Positions 17,179 to 27,580 of a stretch of DNA of 64,000 nucleotides are shown in pieces. The notes under the pieces were generated by a model. That model was not told where the DNA came from and ran no database searches. It saw only the letters and a program-made list of their open reading frames with translations. The translations under genes and the position numbers were made by a program. Numbering within the stretch: the stretch's first letter is position 1; each line of letters starts with the position of its first letter. The DNA is from an uncultured Candidatus Saccharibacteria bacterium (GTDB lineage Bacteria; Patescibacteriota; Dojkabacteria; SC72): assembly GCA_964405015.1 (NCBI GenBank), contig CAYOME010000001.1, positions 10,943-74,942 on the forward strand. Reading direction: 5' to 3'.

Positions 17179-17639
17179 ATCTTCCAATAATCCAGTTTGT
17201 TATCCATAGGAATAAAAATATCGGGATAAAGAATATAACACCAATACAACCAAAGTTCTTAAATCCGCTATTTCTATGAATTTTTCTACCTTTTCCATTC
17301 TTGAAATACATAGTAGGGTTATACTAAGTTAGTTAATGATGGTTCCTTAAAATGTCCATATCCCTCTCTCTAGCAATTGGGTTAAATTTTTAAAATATTT
17401 TTACCTCTTTCACGCGAAGAGCTAGGATCTATGGGTATTTTCATTGTACAGTTGACTATAAATAGCGTAATTACATTGGTATTATGCATTTTTTGTACTT
17501 GTTAAAAAATTAGTTCTAATTGAGAATGAATTCAACTCAAAATACTCAACCCAGTTGAAAGAAAGCTGTGGAATACGTATACTTGAGAAGGGATTGAGAT
17601 GGAAAAAGTTCCTGAGTTTGTCCAACTCTCTCAAGATAT

Positions 17640-18698
17640 TTACCCCTGTATCTTTTCCAAAAGTTTTGATATCTCTTTTGTAAAACCCTTCTCCAAGAAA
17701 GATATGAAGTAGAAGGCAATGATTGCTAATAATAAAGTAATACCGATTATTACAGATTTATTTCCCTCGAAACTGTTATAAAAGAAAGTAAAGGTGACAG
17801 AGTTAAGCATAACGTAGCCCAAAAATCTTGTAATACCCCTTGAAGAGAAAATTCTTTTAAATATATTCAAAGGTTTTGGAATAGGCCTATTACTATCTAC
17901 AGCAGAAAGACTAAGAACAAACATCTCTACGTACTCTTTAATTAGAGTTTCTAAAAGGTATATACCCCTTTTAATATCCCTATCATCTAAACTATCTAAA
18001 AGATTTTTAAGATCACCCCTGTCGATATTTTTCATATACAGCCTCTCTAAAAGCAATACCTCATTAAGTGATAGAGTATTATCTGGATCTGTAGAAAGTA
18101 GAACGTTTTCTAAACGATGAATTTTTTTAATAACTTCATCACTATTCATTTTCTCAACAGATTTCTCAATTTCCTTAACATTAGGACCCAATATTTTCTT
18201 ATTTTTATTAGATTCCCTTGGATTAATACTCAATATGGTTATTAATTCTATTAAATCATTCAAAAAGTAAAGAGTTAATCCTGTAAAACCCATTATAGGT
18301 AAAGAAATCGGTGAGGAATTTATAATAGGAGAAACAATGTAACCAGTAATTACTGCACTAGTAAAGAACATAAATTCATAGAGGTTTTTTATTGTTTCAT
18401 AGAATCTTTTTTTTAGATCAAGATCTTCTCTTTTATCAGCTATTGTTATTTCTCTTTCGATATAGGACTGAAATCTATTGAATATGTTTACTATCGTATC
18501 TTTGTATTTATCATCTTTAGTACTTAGGTTGTTAATCAAAAGCCCTTTATATTTTTTTATTCTAGAATAGATTAAATCTTTTTCATCAGATGATACTCTG
18601 TTGTTCCTACTAACAAATGAACTAATTAACGGCCTTATTGATACTTCACAATCAAAGTAGTTAAGTTCTATGTTTTTTCTGAATTTGTTCTCTTCCAT
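17640..18698 (-). CDS. hypothetical polytopic membrane protein
   Basis: Transmembrane segments in the middle (FFTSAVITGYIVSPII, IMGFTGLTLYFL) and C-terminal half (LGYVMLNSVTFTFF, VIIGITLLLAIIAFYFISF). The 5' end abuts nadK. Confidence 0.45.
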   Translation of the reverse strand: MEENKFRKNIELNYFDCEVSIRPLISSFVSRNNRVSSDEKDLIYSRIKKYKGLLINNLSTKDDKYKDTIVNIFNRFQSYIEREITIADKREDLDLKKRFYETIKNLYEFMFFTSAVITGYIVSPIINSSPISLPIMGFTGLTLYFLNDLIELITILSINPRESNKNKKILGPNVKEIEKSVEKMNSDEVIKKIHRLENVLLSTDPDNTLSLNEVLLLERLYMKNIDRGDLKNLLDSLDDRDIKRGIYLLETLIKEYVEMFVLSLSAVDSNRPIPKPLNIFKRIFSSRGITRFLGYVMLNSVTFTFFYNSFEGNKSVIIGITLLLAIIAFYFISFLEKGFTKEISKLLEKIQG

Positions 18699-18699
18699 A

Positions 18700-19449
18700 T
18701 TATTTCCTATATCTATGAGCTATATCTCTTCTTCTTTTTAAAAAATCATCCTTATCGAAGAATGCTATACCTATCTTACTACCTTTTTTTAATGTTAGAA
18801 CAGACCCTTCGGAAAGTATTTCTGATTCAACATTAGTAAGATATATCCTAGCTCCATTTGCCTCTATCTTTATTTCTTGATATTGAACAATATCATTTAA
18901 ATATCTATTACATACAACTCCAGTAATTGATAGGAGGCATGAATCAAGGGGGAGTATTCTTCCATTGTTGTTAAAGTTGAAAGCAGTAGATCCAATAGCA
19001 GTACTAATACAAAGTCCTGAGCCTTTTATTTCAAAATCTTCAAAATCACCATTCTCTGTTGATATTTTAAACGTATGATATCCTGTTAACTTTTCTCCAA
19101 GAATTACATCGTTGGCTGCTTCTCCAAGTTTCTTTCCATCTAGATATGCTTCTATGGCATAGGAGTTAAATATTTCAAGATTGACTCTATCCTCTAAAAT
19201 ATCTGTAATAGCTTTTTCATCATCATCAAACTTGTTCATGAGGAAGTTAAATGTACCCATTGCCTTACCAATATATGGGATATTGGAATCGATAGTGTTA
19301 TGAATGGAGTGAAGCATAGCTCCATCACCTCCAGCCACTAGATAGATATCTGGGTTTTCTTCAGTTAAAAGGTTTGGGAATTTACTAGATATGAATTTAT
19401 TAAATTCCTGAACTCTTAAATCATTGTTTATTAAATACTTAATTTTCAT
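18700..19449 (-). CDS. nadK: NAD+ kinase
   Basis: IYLVAGGDGAMLHSIHN GGDG motif, and NGARIYLTNVESEILSEGSVLTL at the C-terminus. Confidence 0.85.
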   Translation of the reverse strand: MKIKYLINNDLRVQEFNKFISSKFPNLLTEENPDIYLVAGGDGAMLHSIHNTIDSNIPYIGKAMGTFNFLMNKFDDDEKAITDILEDRVNLEIFNSYAIEAYLDGKKLGEAANDVILGEKLTGYHTFKISTENGDFEDFEIKGSGLCISTAIGSTAFNFNNNGRILPLDSCLLSITGVVCNRYLNDIVQYQEIKIEANGARIYLTNVESEILSEGSVLTLKKGSKIGIAFFDKDDFLKRRRDIAHRYRK

Positions 19450-19510
19450 CGGCGTGTATTATATCAGGATATTATATATTTAGTATCAATATAGAATATC
19501 TCAAATGTTA

Positions 19511-19537
19511 TTGACTTTGTATACTTTATGGTATAAT
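19511..19537 (+). promoter_or_regulatory. sigma70-like promoter (TTGACT, 15 nt, TGgTATAAT extended -10) for the RRM gene
   Basis: ttgact at 19511-19516 and tataat at 19532-19537 preceded by TG at 19529-19530. The ~95-nt leader that follows contains hairpin AGGTATTA-ttcg-TAATACC (19557-19575) and a T-tract at 19603-19620. Confidence 0.5.
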
Positions 19538-19636
19538 TAGGTGTCTATGTTAAGAAAGGTATTATTCGTAATACCCTGTGTAGGTTACCTTCTGTGTGCT
19601 TATCCGTAGTCTTTTTTATTTTTTATTTATATATAA

Positions 19637-19957
19637 ATGCAGAACAAACTTTTTGTTGGAAACCTTTCATGGGGTACCACAGATGAGTCTTTGTTAGAGC
19701 TTTTCTCCCAAATTGGAGAAGTAGTAGAGGCAAAGGTTATTGTAGACAAGTTCAAGAACAGATCTAAAGGATTTGGTTTTGTTACTATGGCTACAGAAGA
19801 GCTAGCACAAGCAGCTATTGACCAATTAAATGGTAAAGATGTTGACGGAAGAGCTATAAACGTTTCTGTTGCTAAACCTCCTAGAGAGGATGGTGGTTAC
19901 AGAAATGATAGAAGAAGTAACGACAGGGGTGGTAGAAGAGATGACTTCTACAGATAA
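19637..19957 (+). CDS. RRM-type RNA-binding protein with Arg/Gly/Asp-rich tail
   Basis: KLFVGNLSWGTTDESLLELFSQIGEV...KGFGFVTM contains the RNP2 and RNP1 motifs. C-terminal tail RNDRRSNDRGGRRDDFYR. Confidence 0.8.
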   Translation: MQNKLFVGNLSWGTTDESLLELFSQIGEVVEAKVIVDKFKNRSKGFGFVTMATEELAQAAIDQLNGKDVDGRAINVSVAKPPREDGGYRNDRRSNDRGGRRDDFYR

Positions 19958-19983
19958 TTCCTGAAGAAACTGTAATCGAAATT

Positions 19984-20010
19984 GGGGTAGGTAAAACTAC
20001 CCCTTTTTTA
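19984..20010. terminator. bidirectional rho-independent terminator between the convergent RRM gene and uvrB
   Basis: GGGGTAG-gtaaaa-CTACCCC followed by TTTTTTA on the plus strand, with an A-run on the other side. Confidence 0.6.
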
Positions 20011-21978
20011 TTAAATCCTTAATTCCTTTATTTTGTCCCTTAACTCTGCTGCTTTCTCAAACTGTAAGTTGTCTGCTGCTAACATCATTTTTGCCCTCAA
20101 ATCCTTTATCATTAACTTCTTCTGTTTCTCTGTTAACTTCTCTACTTCAATATCTAATACCTTTTTATCATGATCTTCTTTTTCTACTAATCGATCTCTA
20201 ATAGCTTTCTTAATAGACTGGGGGGTAATATTGTGTTCTTTGTTGTAGTTAGCCTGATACTCTCTACGTCTGTTAGTTTCATCGAGAGCATATTTCATAC
20301 TCTCTGTTTGCTTGTCTGCATACATAATTACTCTACCATTTAGATGTCTTGCAGCTCTTCCAATGGTTTGAACCAAACTTGTCTTAGATCTTAGGAACCC
20401 TTCCTTGTCTGCATCAAGGATAATGACTAGAGATACTTCTGGTAGGTCGATACCCTCTCTTAAAAGATTTATACCAACTAATACATCATATTCACCCAAT
20501 CTTAGATCTCGAAGGATATCTACTCTTTCTACTGTATCAATATCTGAATGAAGATATGCAACTTTAATATCATATTCCTTTAAATATTCAGTTAAATCTT
20601 CAGCCATTCTCTTTGTTAATGTCGTTATCAATACTCTTTCTTTTTTCTCGACATTCTTTTTCACCTCATTAATGACATCATCTATCTGATTCTCTGTCTT
20701 TCTAACATCAATACTAGGATCCAAAAGACCAGTAGGCCTTGTAAGAAGTTCTACAACACTCTTGTTACTCTCAATTAACTCCCATTCATCTGGGGTAGCA
20801 GTAAAATATATTGTTTGTCCTTGCTTTTTTCTAAACTCCTCAAAATTAAGAGGCCTGTTATCAAATGCAGTAGGTAATCTAAAACCATGCTCAACTAAAT
20901 TAGTTTTTCTAGCCCTATCACCATTGTACATACCACCAACTTGAGGAATTGTAATATGTGACTCATCTACAAAAAGAAGATAGTCGTCTGGGAAGTAATC
21001 TAAAAGAGTAAAAGGAGGTTGACCACTCTTTCTACCATCGAAATATATGGAATAGTTTTCCATGCTTTTACAAAAACCAATCTCTCTCATCATTTCAACA
21101 TCATATCTAGTCTTTTGTTCTAATCTGTGGGCTTCTAATTCTTTTCCAATATTTTTTAAAAATGTAATTCTTCTTTCTAGATCTTTTTCAATATTTTCAA
21201 CAGCACGAGCCATTGTTTCTGCATCATATACTAGTGGAGTAGCAGGAAATATATCTAAGTTGTCTACATCATATATTTTTTGCTTAGAGATAGGTTCAAT
21301 ATATGAGATTCTTTCAATTTCGTTACCCCAGAATTCAATACGTACAGGATATTCCTCATATGGCATAAAGATTTCCATGGTATCTCCTCTTACTAAGAAA
21401 GTACCAGATATTAAATCTGTAGCTTCCCTTTCATATCTTAAGAAAGAAAGTTGTTGGGAAAGCTTTGCAATGTCCATCTGTTGACCTACTAAAATCTCCA
21501 TAGATTTGTTTTCGTAGTTGTCTGGACTACCAATATTGTAAATACAGGATACTGATGCCACAACTATGGTATCTCTCCTAGTTCTTGCTGCATTCATTGC
21601 ACTGAGTCTCAATTTCTCAATCTCATCATTTACTTCGGACTCCTTTTCTATATACAGATCTCTAGCAGGGATATATGCTTCTGGTTGATAGTAATCATAG
21701 TAAGAGACAAAATATTTAACAGCATTTTCAGGGAAGAACTCTTTAAATTCCTCATACAATTGAGCTGCTAAAGTTTTGTTGTGAGAAAGTACTAATGTAG
21801 GTCTGTTTAATTCTTGAATTAGGTTAGCCATTACAAAAGTTTTACCAGAACCAGTAACTCCTAAAAGAACCTGACTCTTTTTACCATTCAAAGCATTCTC
21901 TTTAAGGGTAGAAATAGCTCTTGTTTGGTCAGGTGATGGTGAATATTTTGATTTCAATTTGAATTCTTCTTGTATCAT
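20011..21978 (-). CDS. uvrB: excinuclease ABC subunit B
   Basis: GVTGSGKTFVMANLIQ Walker A, helicase motifs, a beta-hairpin region and a C-terminal UVR domain (EKAAELRDKIKELR). Confidence 0.95.
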   Translation of the reverse strand: MIQEEFKLKSKYSPSPDQTRAISTLKENALNGKKSQVLLGVTGSGKTFVMANLIQELNRPTLVLSHNKTLAAQLYEEFKEFFPENAVKYFVSYYDYYQPEAYIPARDLYIEKESEVNDEIEKLRLSAMNAARTRRDTIVVASVSCIYNIGSPDNYENKSMEILVGQQMDIAKLSQQLSFLRYEREATDLISGTFLVRGDTMEIFMPYEEYPVRIEFWGNEIERISYIEPISKQKIYDVDNLDIFPATPLVYDAETMARAVENIEKDLERRITFLKNIGKELEAHRLEQKTRYDVEMMREIGFCKSMENYSIYFDGRKSGQPPFTLLDYFPDDYLLFVDESHITIPQVGGMYNGDRARKTNLVEHGFRLPTAFDNRPLNFEEFRKKQGQTIYFTATPDEWELIESNKSVVELLTRPTGLLDPSIDVRKTENQIDDVINEVKKNVEKKERVLITTLTKRMAEDLTEYLKEYDIKVAYLHSDIDTVERVDILRDLRLGEYDVLVGINLLREGIDLPEVSLVIILDADKEGFLRSKTSLVQTIGRAARHLNGRVIMYADKQTESMKYALDETNRRREYQANYNKEHNITPQSIKKAIRDRLVEKEDHDKKVLDIEVEKLTEKQKKLMIKDLRAKMMLAADNLQFEKAAELRDKIKELRI

Positions 21979-22026
21979 TCCCCAATTTTATCAAAATATC
22001 CCATATCTGTGTTAAAATATTTTTGT

Positions 22027-23832
22027 ATGAACGACAAAATTGTATTAAACAAATTACCACAGGAACTAGTTAATCAAATCGCAGCAGGAGAAGTCATTGA
22101 GAGACCATCTTCTGTTGTAAAAGAATTGGTAGACAACAGTATAGATGCGAAAGCAACGAAAATATCAATTAAAATATCCAACGGGGGGATTGATAATATT
22201 GAAGTAAGTGACAATGGCGTAGGTATTCCTAAAGAGAACTTAGAAGATGTTTTTAAAGCTCATACTACGAGTAAAATATCCTCACTTGAAGATTTGAATA
22301 ACCTTCTTACAATGGGTTTTAGAGGAGAGGCTCTTTCTACAATTGTTTCAGTCTCTTCTGTAAAACTAATTTCAAAATATGAACACGAAGATATTGGTAA
22401 TGAAATCTCATATTCAAATTCTACTCAGAGTAAAGTGAAGAGTAATGCGAGACAATCTGGTACTTTAGTTTCAGTATCCAATATCTTTGAGAATATTCCA
22501 GCTAGAAAGAAATTTCTTAAATCAGGTCAAACAGAGTACAAGAAGATTTTAGAAATATTAATCCCTTACTTTTTAATATATCCCAACATTCATTTCACAC
22601 TTCAAAGAGATTTAAAAACAATATATGATCTTAAACCAATTCCAAACTCTAGATCTAATTCCATTGAAAAAGAGAGAGTACAATCTGTTCTTAAAGACTC
22701 TTTTGTTCAAAGAGCTTTAAAGCTTTTCTATGACGGTAATGGAACTAAGATATCGGGGTATGTTGGACACCCTTCAGATCATCAAAAGAAAGCAACCAAT
22801 CAATATCTCTTTGTAAACAGAAGACCAATTAGAGACTCAGGTATATCAAGGGCAGTATATCAAGGTATGGAGAGATATATTCCTCATGGAGAAAAGGTTC
22901 CATATATATTGTTGTTGGATATTAATCCAGATCTAATTGATGTAAATGTTCATCCAAGAAAAGAAGAGGTTAGATTTCTTAATCCTTTTAGAATATATTC
23001 TGCAGTTGAAGAGGCTGTAAAAAAGAGTGTAGAGGGAGCTACCTCATACAGAAAAGAAGTACCAGTTCCAAATGTATATATACCGAAAGAGTATATCTCT
23101 AGAGACATATCATTTAAAGATACTTCTGTGGGTTCTGTAAGAGATAGCTTACTGTTTAGTAAAGAAGCTTTGGAAGAAACACAATCAATATTTAATACAA
23201 GAGAGGAGTATGTTGAGAGTACCCCATTTAAACCTCAAGAACTTGATACGGTAGGTATATTAAAAAATATATATCAGATATTTAACAAATATATATTAGT
23301 CGAATTTGGAGATGAAATTCTTTGGGTAATTGATCAACATGCAGCAGCTGAAAGAATTACCTTTGAGAAATTTAAAAAGAATCTTCCAGGGGATATCTCT
23401 AAGCAAAAATTCTTAGTACCTCAGAAAATAAATATCTCCCCTGTAGAGGGTGAGGCTTTGGAAGAGATAAAGGACTTTTTCTTTGAATTAGGATTTGAAT
23501 ATGAAGTAAAGGATTCAGTATTAAATATATATTCTTCTCCAGTTGAATTTGTAAATACAGACTTTAGGAAATTTTTTGATGAGATATTCTCTCTCTCTGA
23601 CGATATTCACAATATATCCAAAGAGATATTACGACTGAAAGAGGATCTCTATGCAACCATGGCCTGCCATGGAAGCGTAAGAAGTGGTCAAATGCTTCAT
23701 AGGGAAGAGATGATAGATATATACAAAAAGTTGATTAAGTGTGAGAATCCGTATAGCTGTCCTCATGGTAGGCCTGCGGTATGGAAATTAAAGCTTAGTG
23801 ATATTGATATGAATTTTGAAAGAACTTACTAA
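22027..23832 (+). CDS. mutL: DNA mismatch repair protein MutL (endonuclease-motif type)
   Basis: LPQELVNQIAAGEVIERPSSVVKELVDNSIDA GHKL ATPase domain. C-terminal DQHAAAERITFEK fits the DQHA(x)2E(x)4E nicking motif, and a CPHGRP-like Zn motif follows. Start set at the internal ATG 22027. Confidence 0.9.
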   Translation: MNDKIVLNKLPQELVNQIAAGEVIERPSSVVKELVDNSIDAKATKISIKISNGGIDNIEVSDNGVGIPKENLEDVFKAHTTSKISSLEDLNNLLTMGFRGEALSTIVSVSSVKLISKYEHEDIGNEISYSNSTQSKVKSNARQSGTLVSVSNIFENIPARKKFLKSGQTEYKKILEILIPYFLIYPNIHFTLQRDLKTIYDLKPIPNSRSNSIEKERVQSVLKDSFVQRALKLFYDGNGTKISGYVGHPSDHQKKATNQYLFVNRRPIRDSGISRAVYQGMERYIPHGEKVPYILLLDINPDLIDVNVHPRKEEVRFLNPFRIYSAVEEAVKKSVEGATSYRKEVPVPNVYIPKEYISRDISFKDTSVGSVRDSLLFSKEALEETQSIFNTREEYVESTPFKPQELDTVGILKNIYQIFNKYILVEFGDEILWVIDQHAAAERITFEKFKKNLPGDISKQKFLVPQKINISPVEGEALEEIKDFFFELGFEYEVKDSVLNIYSSPVEFVNTDFRKFFDEIFSLSDDIHNISKEILRLKEDLYATMACHGSVRSGQMLHREEMIDIYKKLIKCENPYSCPHGRPAVWKLKLSDIDMNFERTY

Positions 23833-24545
23833 TGAGGAAAACTGGTACTTTGTATTTAATACCAACATCTTTGTCCAAAAGACCTCTGAAGGAAGTACTG
23901 AAAGAATCGGATTTAGATATTGTTAGAAAGTTAAAATATTTTGTTGTAGAGACTCCAAAGGTAGCAAGATCATATCTAAAAGATATGGGTATGGTAATTC
24001 AAGAAATAGATATGAGGATATTGGATGAACATACTAATACTAAAAATATTTCCTTTCTTCTTCAACCGTTAATATCTGGTAATGATGTCGGTCTAATGAG
24101 TGATGCTGGTGCTCCAGGAATTGCAGATCCAGGGAGTATCGTTGTAAGAGAGTGCCATAGGTTAGGGGTTAAGGTTGTACCGTTAGTAGGCCCATCTTCC
24201 ATATTTTTAGCATTAATGGCTTCTGGTATGAATGGTCAATCTTTTACATTTCATGGATACCTTCCTAGGGATCCTCAAAAAAGGCAAGAGAAATTAAGAA
24301 ATATTGAGAGAGAATCTTTACGCAAGAATGAAACACAAATCTTCATAGAAGCTCCTTACAGAAACAAATCTATGTTTGAAAATATATTAGAAGTATGTAA
24401 ACCAAAGACAGATCTTTGTATGGCAGTTGATATTACTGGTGAAAATGAGAAGATATTCTCAATGAGTATCTCACAGTGGAGAATGCAAAAAGACTTACAT
24501 ATTCTTGATATACCTACGATATATTTAATATTAGCTAAAAGATGA
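23832..24545 (+). CDS. tetrapyrrole-methylase-fold SAM-dependent methyltransferase (RsmI-like)
   Basis: GTLYLIPTSL...VETPKVARSYLKDMG...MSDAGAPGIADPGSIVV...GVKVVPLVGPSSIFLAL...FTFHGYLP parallels RsmI motifs (VSDAGTP, DPG, PGxSA, GFLP). Confidence 0.6.
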   Translation: MRKTGTLYLIPTSLSKRPLKEVLKESDLDIVRKLKYFVVETPKVARSYLKDMGMVIQEIDMRILDEHTNTKNISFLLQPLISGNDVGLMSDAGAPGIADPGSIVVRECHRLGVKVVPLVGPSSIFLALMASGMNGQSFTFHGYLPRDPQKRQEKLRNIERESLRKNETQIFIEAPYRNKSMFENILEVCKPKTDLCMAVDITGENEKIFSMSISQWRMQKDLHILDIPTIYLILAKR

Positions 24546-26701
24546 TGAAGATATCAAAGAGATTTCTAATTCTCTCAATTTCAATATTTGTATGTTTAAT
24601 TGGGATTGGTTTTGGTATTTACAAATTGGTATCACACAGAATATATGTCGAAGACACGCCATATGATGTATTAATATCAGACATACAGAGTAACTCTGTA
24701 ACAATATCATGGAAGAGCAAAAAAGAACTTCCTACATATGTAAGGATAGGGGGGAATGAAAAACTCTTCGGTGAAAGTAAGCTTACAAAACTTCATAAGG
24801 TGACATTGGATGGTTTGAAAGAACTAAGCACATATTCTTTTGTGATTTCTGATGGTAAGAGAGATTGGGAAACCGTATCTAAAGAGAATTCTGATGAACT
24901 TTCTATATATTTAGCTAAAGAATATATCTTTAGTACTAAAGATATCCAAGACGATATATTAATACCTGAAGTTAAAGAGGTTAAGTCTTTGCCTAACGAA
25001 GAGGTATATCTTGTAGCTTTTAATCCAGAGGAAGGGAAACATTCTGAAGTTAAAAGATATGTTTCAAACAGATTTGGAGGTATAGCGGTTGATATTAATT
25101 CATTCGGAGGTATATCTGTAGATGAGAATACGCAGATTAAAGACATTAAATATGTAGAAAAAATTACTAGCATATCTCCTGTTTTTAAAACATATTTGTT
25201 TGCTGCAGATATCAATTGTGATCAGGGAGTTAAGGATCAAAGTGTTCCTGGTTCTACTAAACAAGGTTTTGCAGATTTAGCTACTAGATTTGTAGCTGGA
25301 AGAGGAAAACATCATGCTTTGGAATGTTACAATGATGTTGTATTAAGGGCCAAAAAGGCAGGGGTTGATCCTGCGTTTGCATTAACAATATGGTTAAATG
25401 AATCTGGTGCAAGCAACTATACTCAAAAACCAGAGATTTCAGGTATAGTAGAAGATTTTGGTATACATGGTCAAACATCTGCTCCTCCACAAGACTTTGA
25501 TAAACAGATTACTTTTTTCTTAAATCTTACCCATGGAGCAAGTTGTCCAGGATTAACATATTGGGAATCATGGGGAAATATGTATAGATGGGGAGATTGT
25601 AACGAAGACGATCCTGTTAAACGACAGGTAGGTATTGATTACTACAAGGGTATAGATGCAGTATATGGAATGGTTACTGGTGGTAGTCATTTGCCTTCAA
25701 AGATTAATGGATATCCACCTTCTGGTGATGATGGTGGTTCAGGAGATGATGGTGGATGGTCTAATGATGATGGTTCTCTTTGCTGTGCATTAAAATTAGA
25801 TAACAGGGAAAACCTTAAGGGAGACTATGAGAACAATGTTGAAGGTAAATCTTGTGCAGATGTATGGAAGGTTGGTAGATCTATAGATGGTGGTAAATTA
25901 GAATATTCTGTAGAAATTCCTGGTAAGACAGGTCAAGCATGTGAAGTAGAGTATGAAGGAGTATGTTGCCAATTATCTACAGATATTAAATGGTATCCCA
26001 AGAGCGTTTGTACAACTCAAATACCAAGTGTATCTTCTGCTCAAGCATGTAAAGAGTATGCTAACAACAGGGGTTGTTTTTTTAGGGATGGATCATTCCA
26101 ATGGTTACCTAAATCAATAGGGGATGATTTTGTAGTTGGTGTTACATCTGAATCACAATGTAAGGCTAGGAACAAACTTTCAACTTACAAAGTAAATATT
26201 GAGAAGGGTGTTAATTTTGTTGGTCTAGATTTCTCTCCTGTATATCAAGCAAAAGAGATGTATGCTTCTGACTTAATTAAATACAATACGAATATTCTTT
26301 TGGTAGGTAATTTTGTAGGTTATGAATGGAAAGATTTAGTATCCAAATCGCAAGATTTACCTTTTGCTGGTAATGACTTCTATCTTTCTCAAAACAAAGG
26401 ATATTTAATTGTCTCTGCTGAAGAATTTGTTTTAGAGTTAGATGGATGGAAGGATACTTCTGCTACATATCTACCTCTACAAACTGGTTGGAATCTTGTG
26501 GGTGGTAGTTTGTATACTAAATCTTCTAAGGCATCATCTTTAATATCCTCTATGAAAAGAAACAATGTCGATGTTGATGTTGTAGGTGTATGGTCTAAAG
26601 AGTTAGCAAGGTTTAATTACAGAAGAGAGGAAGAAGATGGTCAAACCTTTGGTGACGATGTAAAACTTGAAACAAATGTTGGAATATTTATTAGAAAGTA
26701 G
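24542..26701 (+). CDS. cysteine-rich cell-surface protein: N-terminal transmembrane anchor, FN3-like domain, Cys-rich core; paralog of 38520..41567
   Basis: Transmembrane segment FLILSISIFVCLIGIGFGIY, then SDIQSNSVTISWKSKK (FN3-like). A Gly/Asp-rich linker (GDDGGSGDDGGWSNDDG) and multiple CC/CxxxC pairs follow. The C-terminal ~150 aa align with the other gene (FVGLDF...GWNLVGG vs FVTFPF...GWNLIGT). Possible lysozyme-like motif TIWLNESGAS. Confidence 0.55.
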   Translation: MMKISKRFLILSISIFVCLIGIGFGIYKLVSHRIYVEDTPYDVLISDIQSNSVTISWKSKKELPTYVRIGGNEKLFGESKLTKLHKVTLDGLKELSTYSFVISDGKRDWETVSKENSDELSIYLAKEYIFSTKDIQDDILIPEVKEVKSLPNEEVYLVAFNPEEGKHSEVKRYVSNRFGGIAVDINSFGGISVDENTQIKDIKYVEKITSISPVFKTYLFAADINCDQGVKDQSVPGSTKQGFADLATRFVAGRGKHHALECYNDVVLRAKKAGVDPAFALTIWLNESGASNYTQKPEISGIVEDFGIHGQTSAPPQDFDKQITFFLNLTHGASCPGLTYWESWGNMYRWGDCNEDDPVKRQVGIDYYKGIDAVYGMVTGGSHLPSKINGYPPSGDDGGSGDDGGWSNDDGSLCCALKLDNRENLKGDYENNVEGKSCADVWKVGRSIDGGKLEYSVEIPGKTGQACEVEYEGVCCQLSTDIKWYPKSVCTTQIPSVSSAQACKEYANNRGCFFRDGSFQWLPKSIGDDFVVGVTSESQCKARNKLSTYKVNIEKGVNFVGLDFSPVYQAKEMYASDLIKYNTNILLVGNFVGYEWKDLVSKSQDLPFAGNDFYLSQNKGYLIVSAEEFVLELDGWKDTSATYLPLQTGWNLVGGSLYTKSSKASSLISSMKRNNVDVDVVGVWSKELARFNYRREEEDGQTFGDDVKLETNVGIFIRK

Positions 26702-26704
26702 TTA

Positions 26705-27517
26705 CTATTCTTTGTAATCAATCTGAATTAATCTCGCATGCATTACAATCCTAGTTGTTGGAGATGAGCAAGTAGAGAGAGTAAGAATTTTATCACGATT
26801 ATTAACTTCTACATTGAAATCATACTCACTTCGATTTTTTAAAAAAGTTAGGAAATATTCATAGGTCTTATCATTATTAAAATCCGTAACTATGTAATCG
26901 CTTGTTACAGGAACTTGGTAAACCGAAAATACCTCCCAAAGGGTATTGTGTGATTCTGTAGACATTCTAACTACATGATATTTAGTATTTGTATACCATT
27001 TACTCTTTCGTATGTTCTTTAGCGTTCCAAACAAGACTGTATTTATTCTCCCGTGTGCATATATAATATTGTTTCTATCAAGCTCTTGTATGTTATTTCG
27101 AGAATCTAAAAATACCCATCCTGCACGATTAGAACTTTTATCAAATGAATGATTGAGGTAAAAACTATTATCTGAATGTTGAACAAAAGGGTAGTTAATA
27201 TTTGTACCGAGTACTTCGATCCACCCCTTTGTTTCATTATTAATTTCTTTGAGCGAATCTAAAGGTACGTTTATCATAGAAAGGGAAGGATACTTAGTGT
27301 ATGGAGAATCTTCTAATGAGGATTCTTCATCTTCTAGACTTGTTATTGGTATTTCTTTTATCTCAACCATCTTATTAATGATTTGGATCTGATTGTCGAT
27401 AGAATGGGTGTCTTTAACCCATACCAAGATTGCAATGAATGTAATTAAAATTGTAATACTAAATACTATATATAGTGTGTATTTTGTCTTTATCAAATTG
27501 ATTTTCATTAAGAGCAA
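26705..27517 (-). CDS. srtB: class B sortase
   Basis: N-terminal transmembrane segment. GWIEVLGTNINYPFVQHSDNSFYLNHSF...NIIYAHGR (His)...ILTLSTCS (Cys)...RIVMHARL (Arg) follows the SrtB-type catalytic triad and spacing. Confidence 0.75.
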   Translation of the reverse strand: MLLMKINLIKTKYTLYIVFSITILITFIAILVWVKDTHSIDNQIQIINKMVEIKEIPITSLEDEESSLEDSPYTKYPSLSMINVPLDSLKEINNETKGWIEVLGTNINYPFVQHSDNSFYLNHSFDKSSNRAGWVFLDSRNNIQELDRNNIIYAHGRINTVLFGTLKNIRKSKWYTNTKYHVVRMSTESHNTLWEVFSVYQVPVTSDYIVTDFNNDKTYEYFLTFLKNRSEYDFNVEVNNRDKILTLSTCSSPTTRIVMHARLIQIDYKE

Positions 27518-27580
27518 TTGACAGCTAACAATTATATATTTATATTTATACTATCATAAATTTAAACATGCCCCTCTGCA

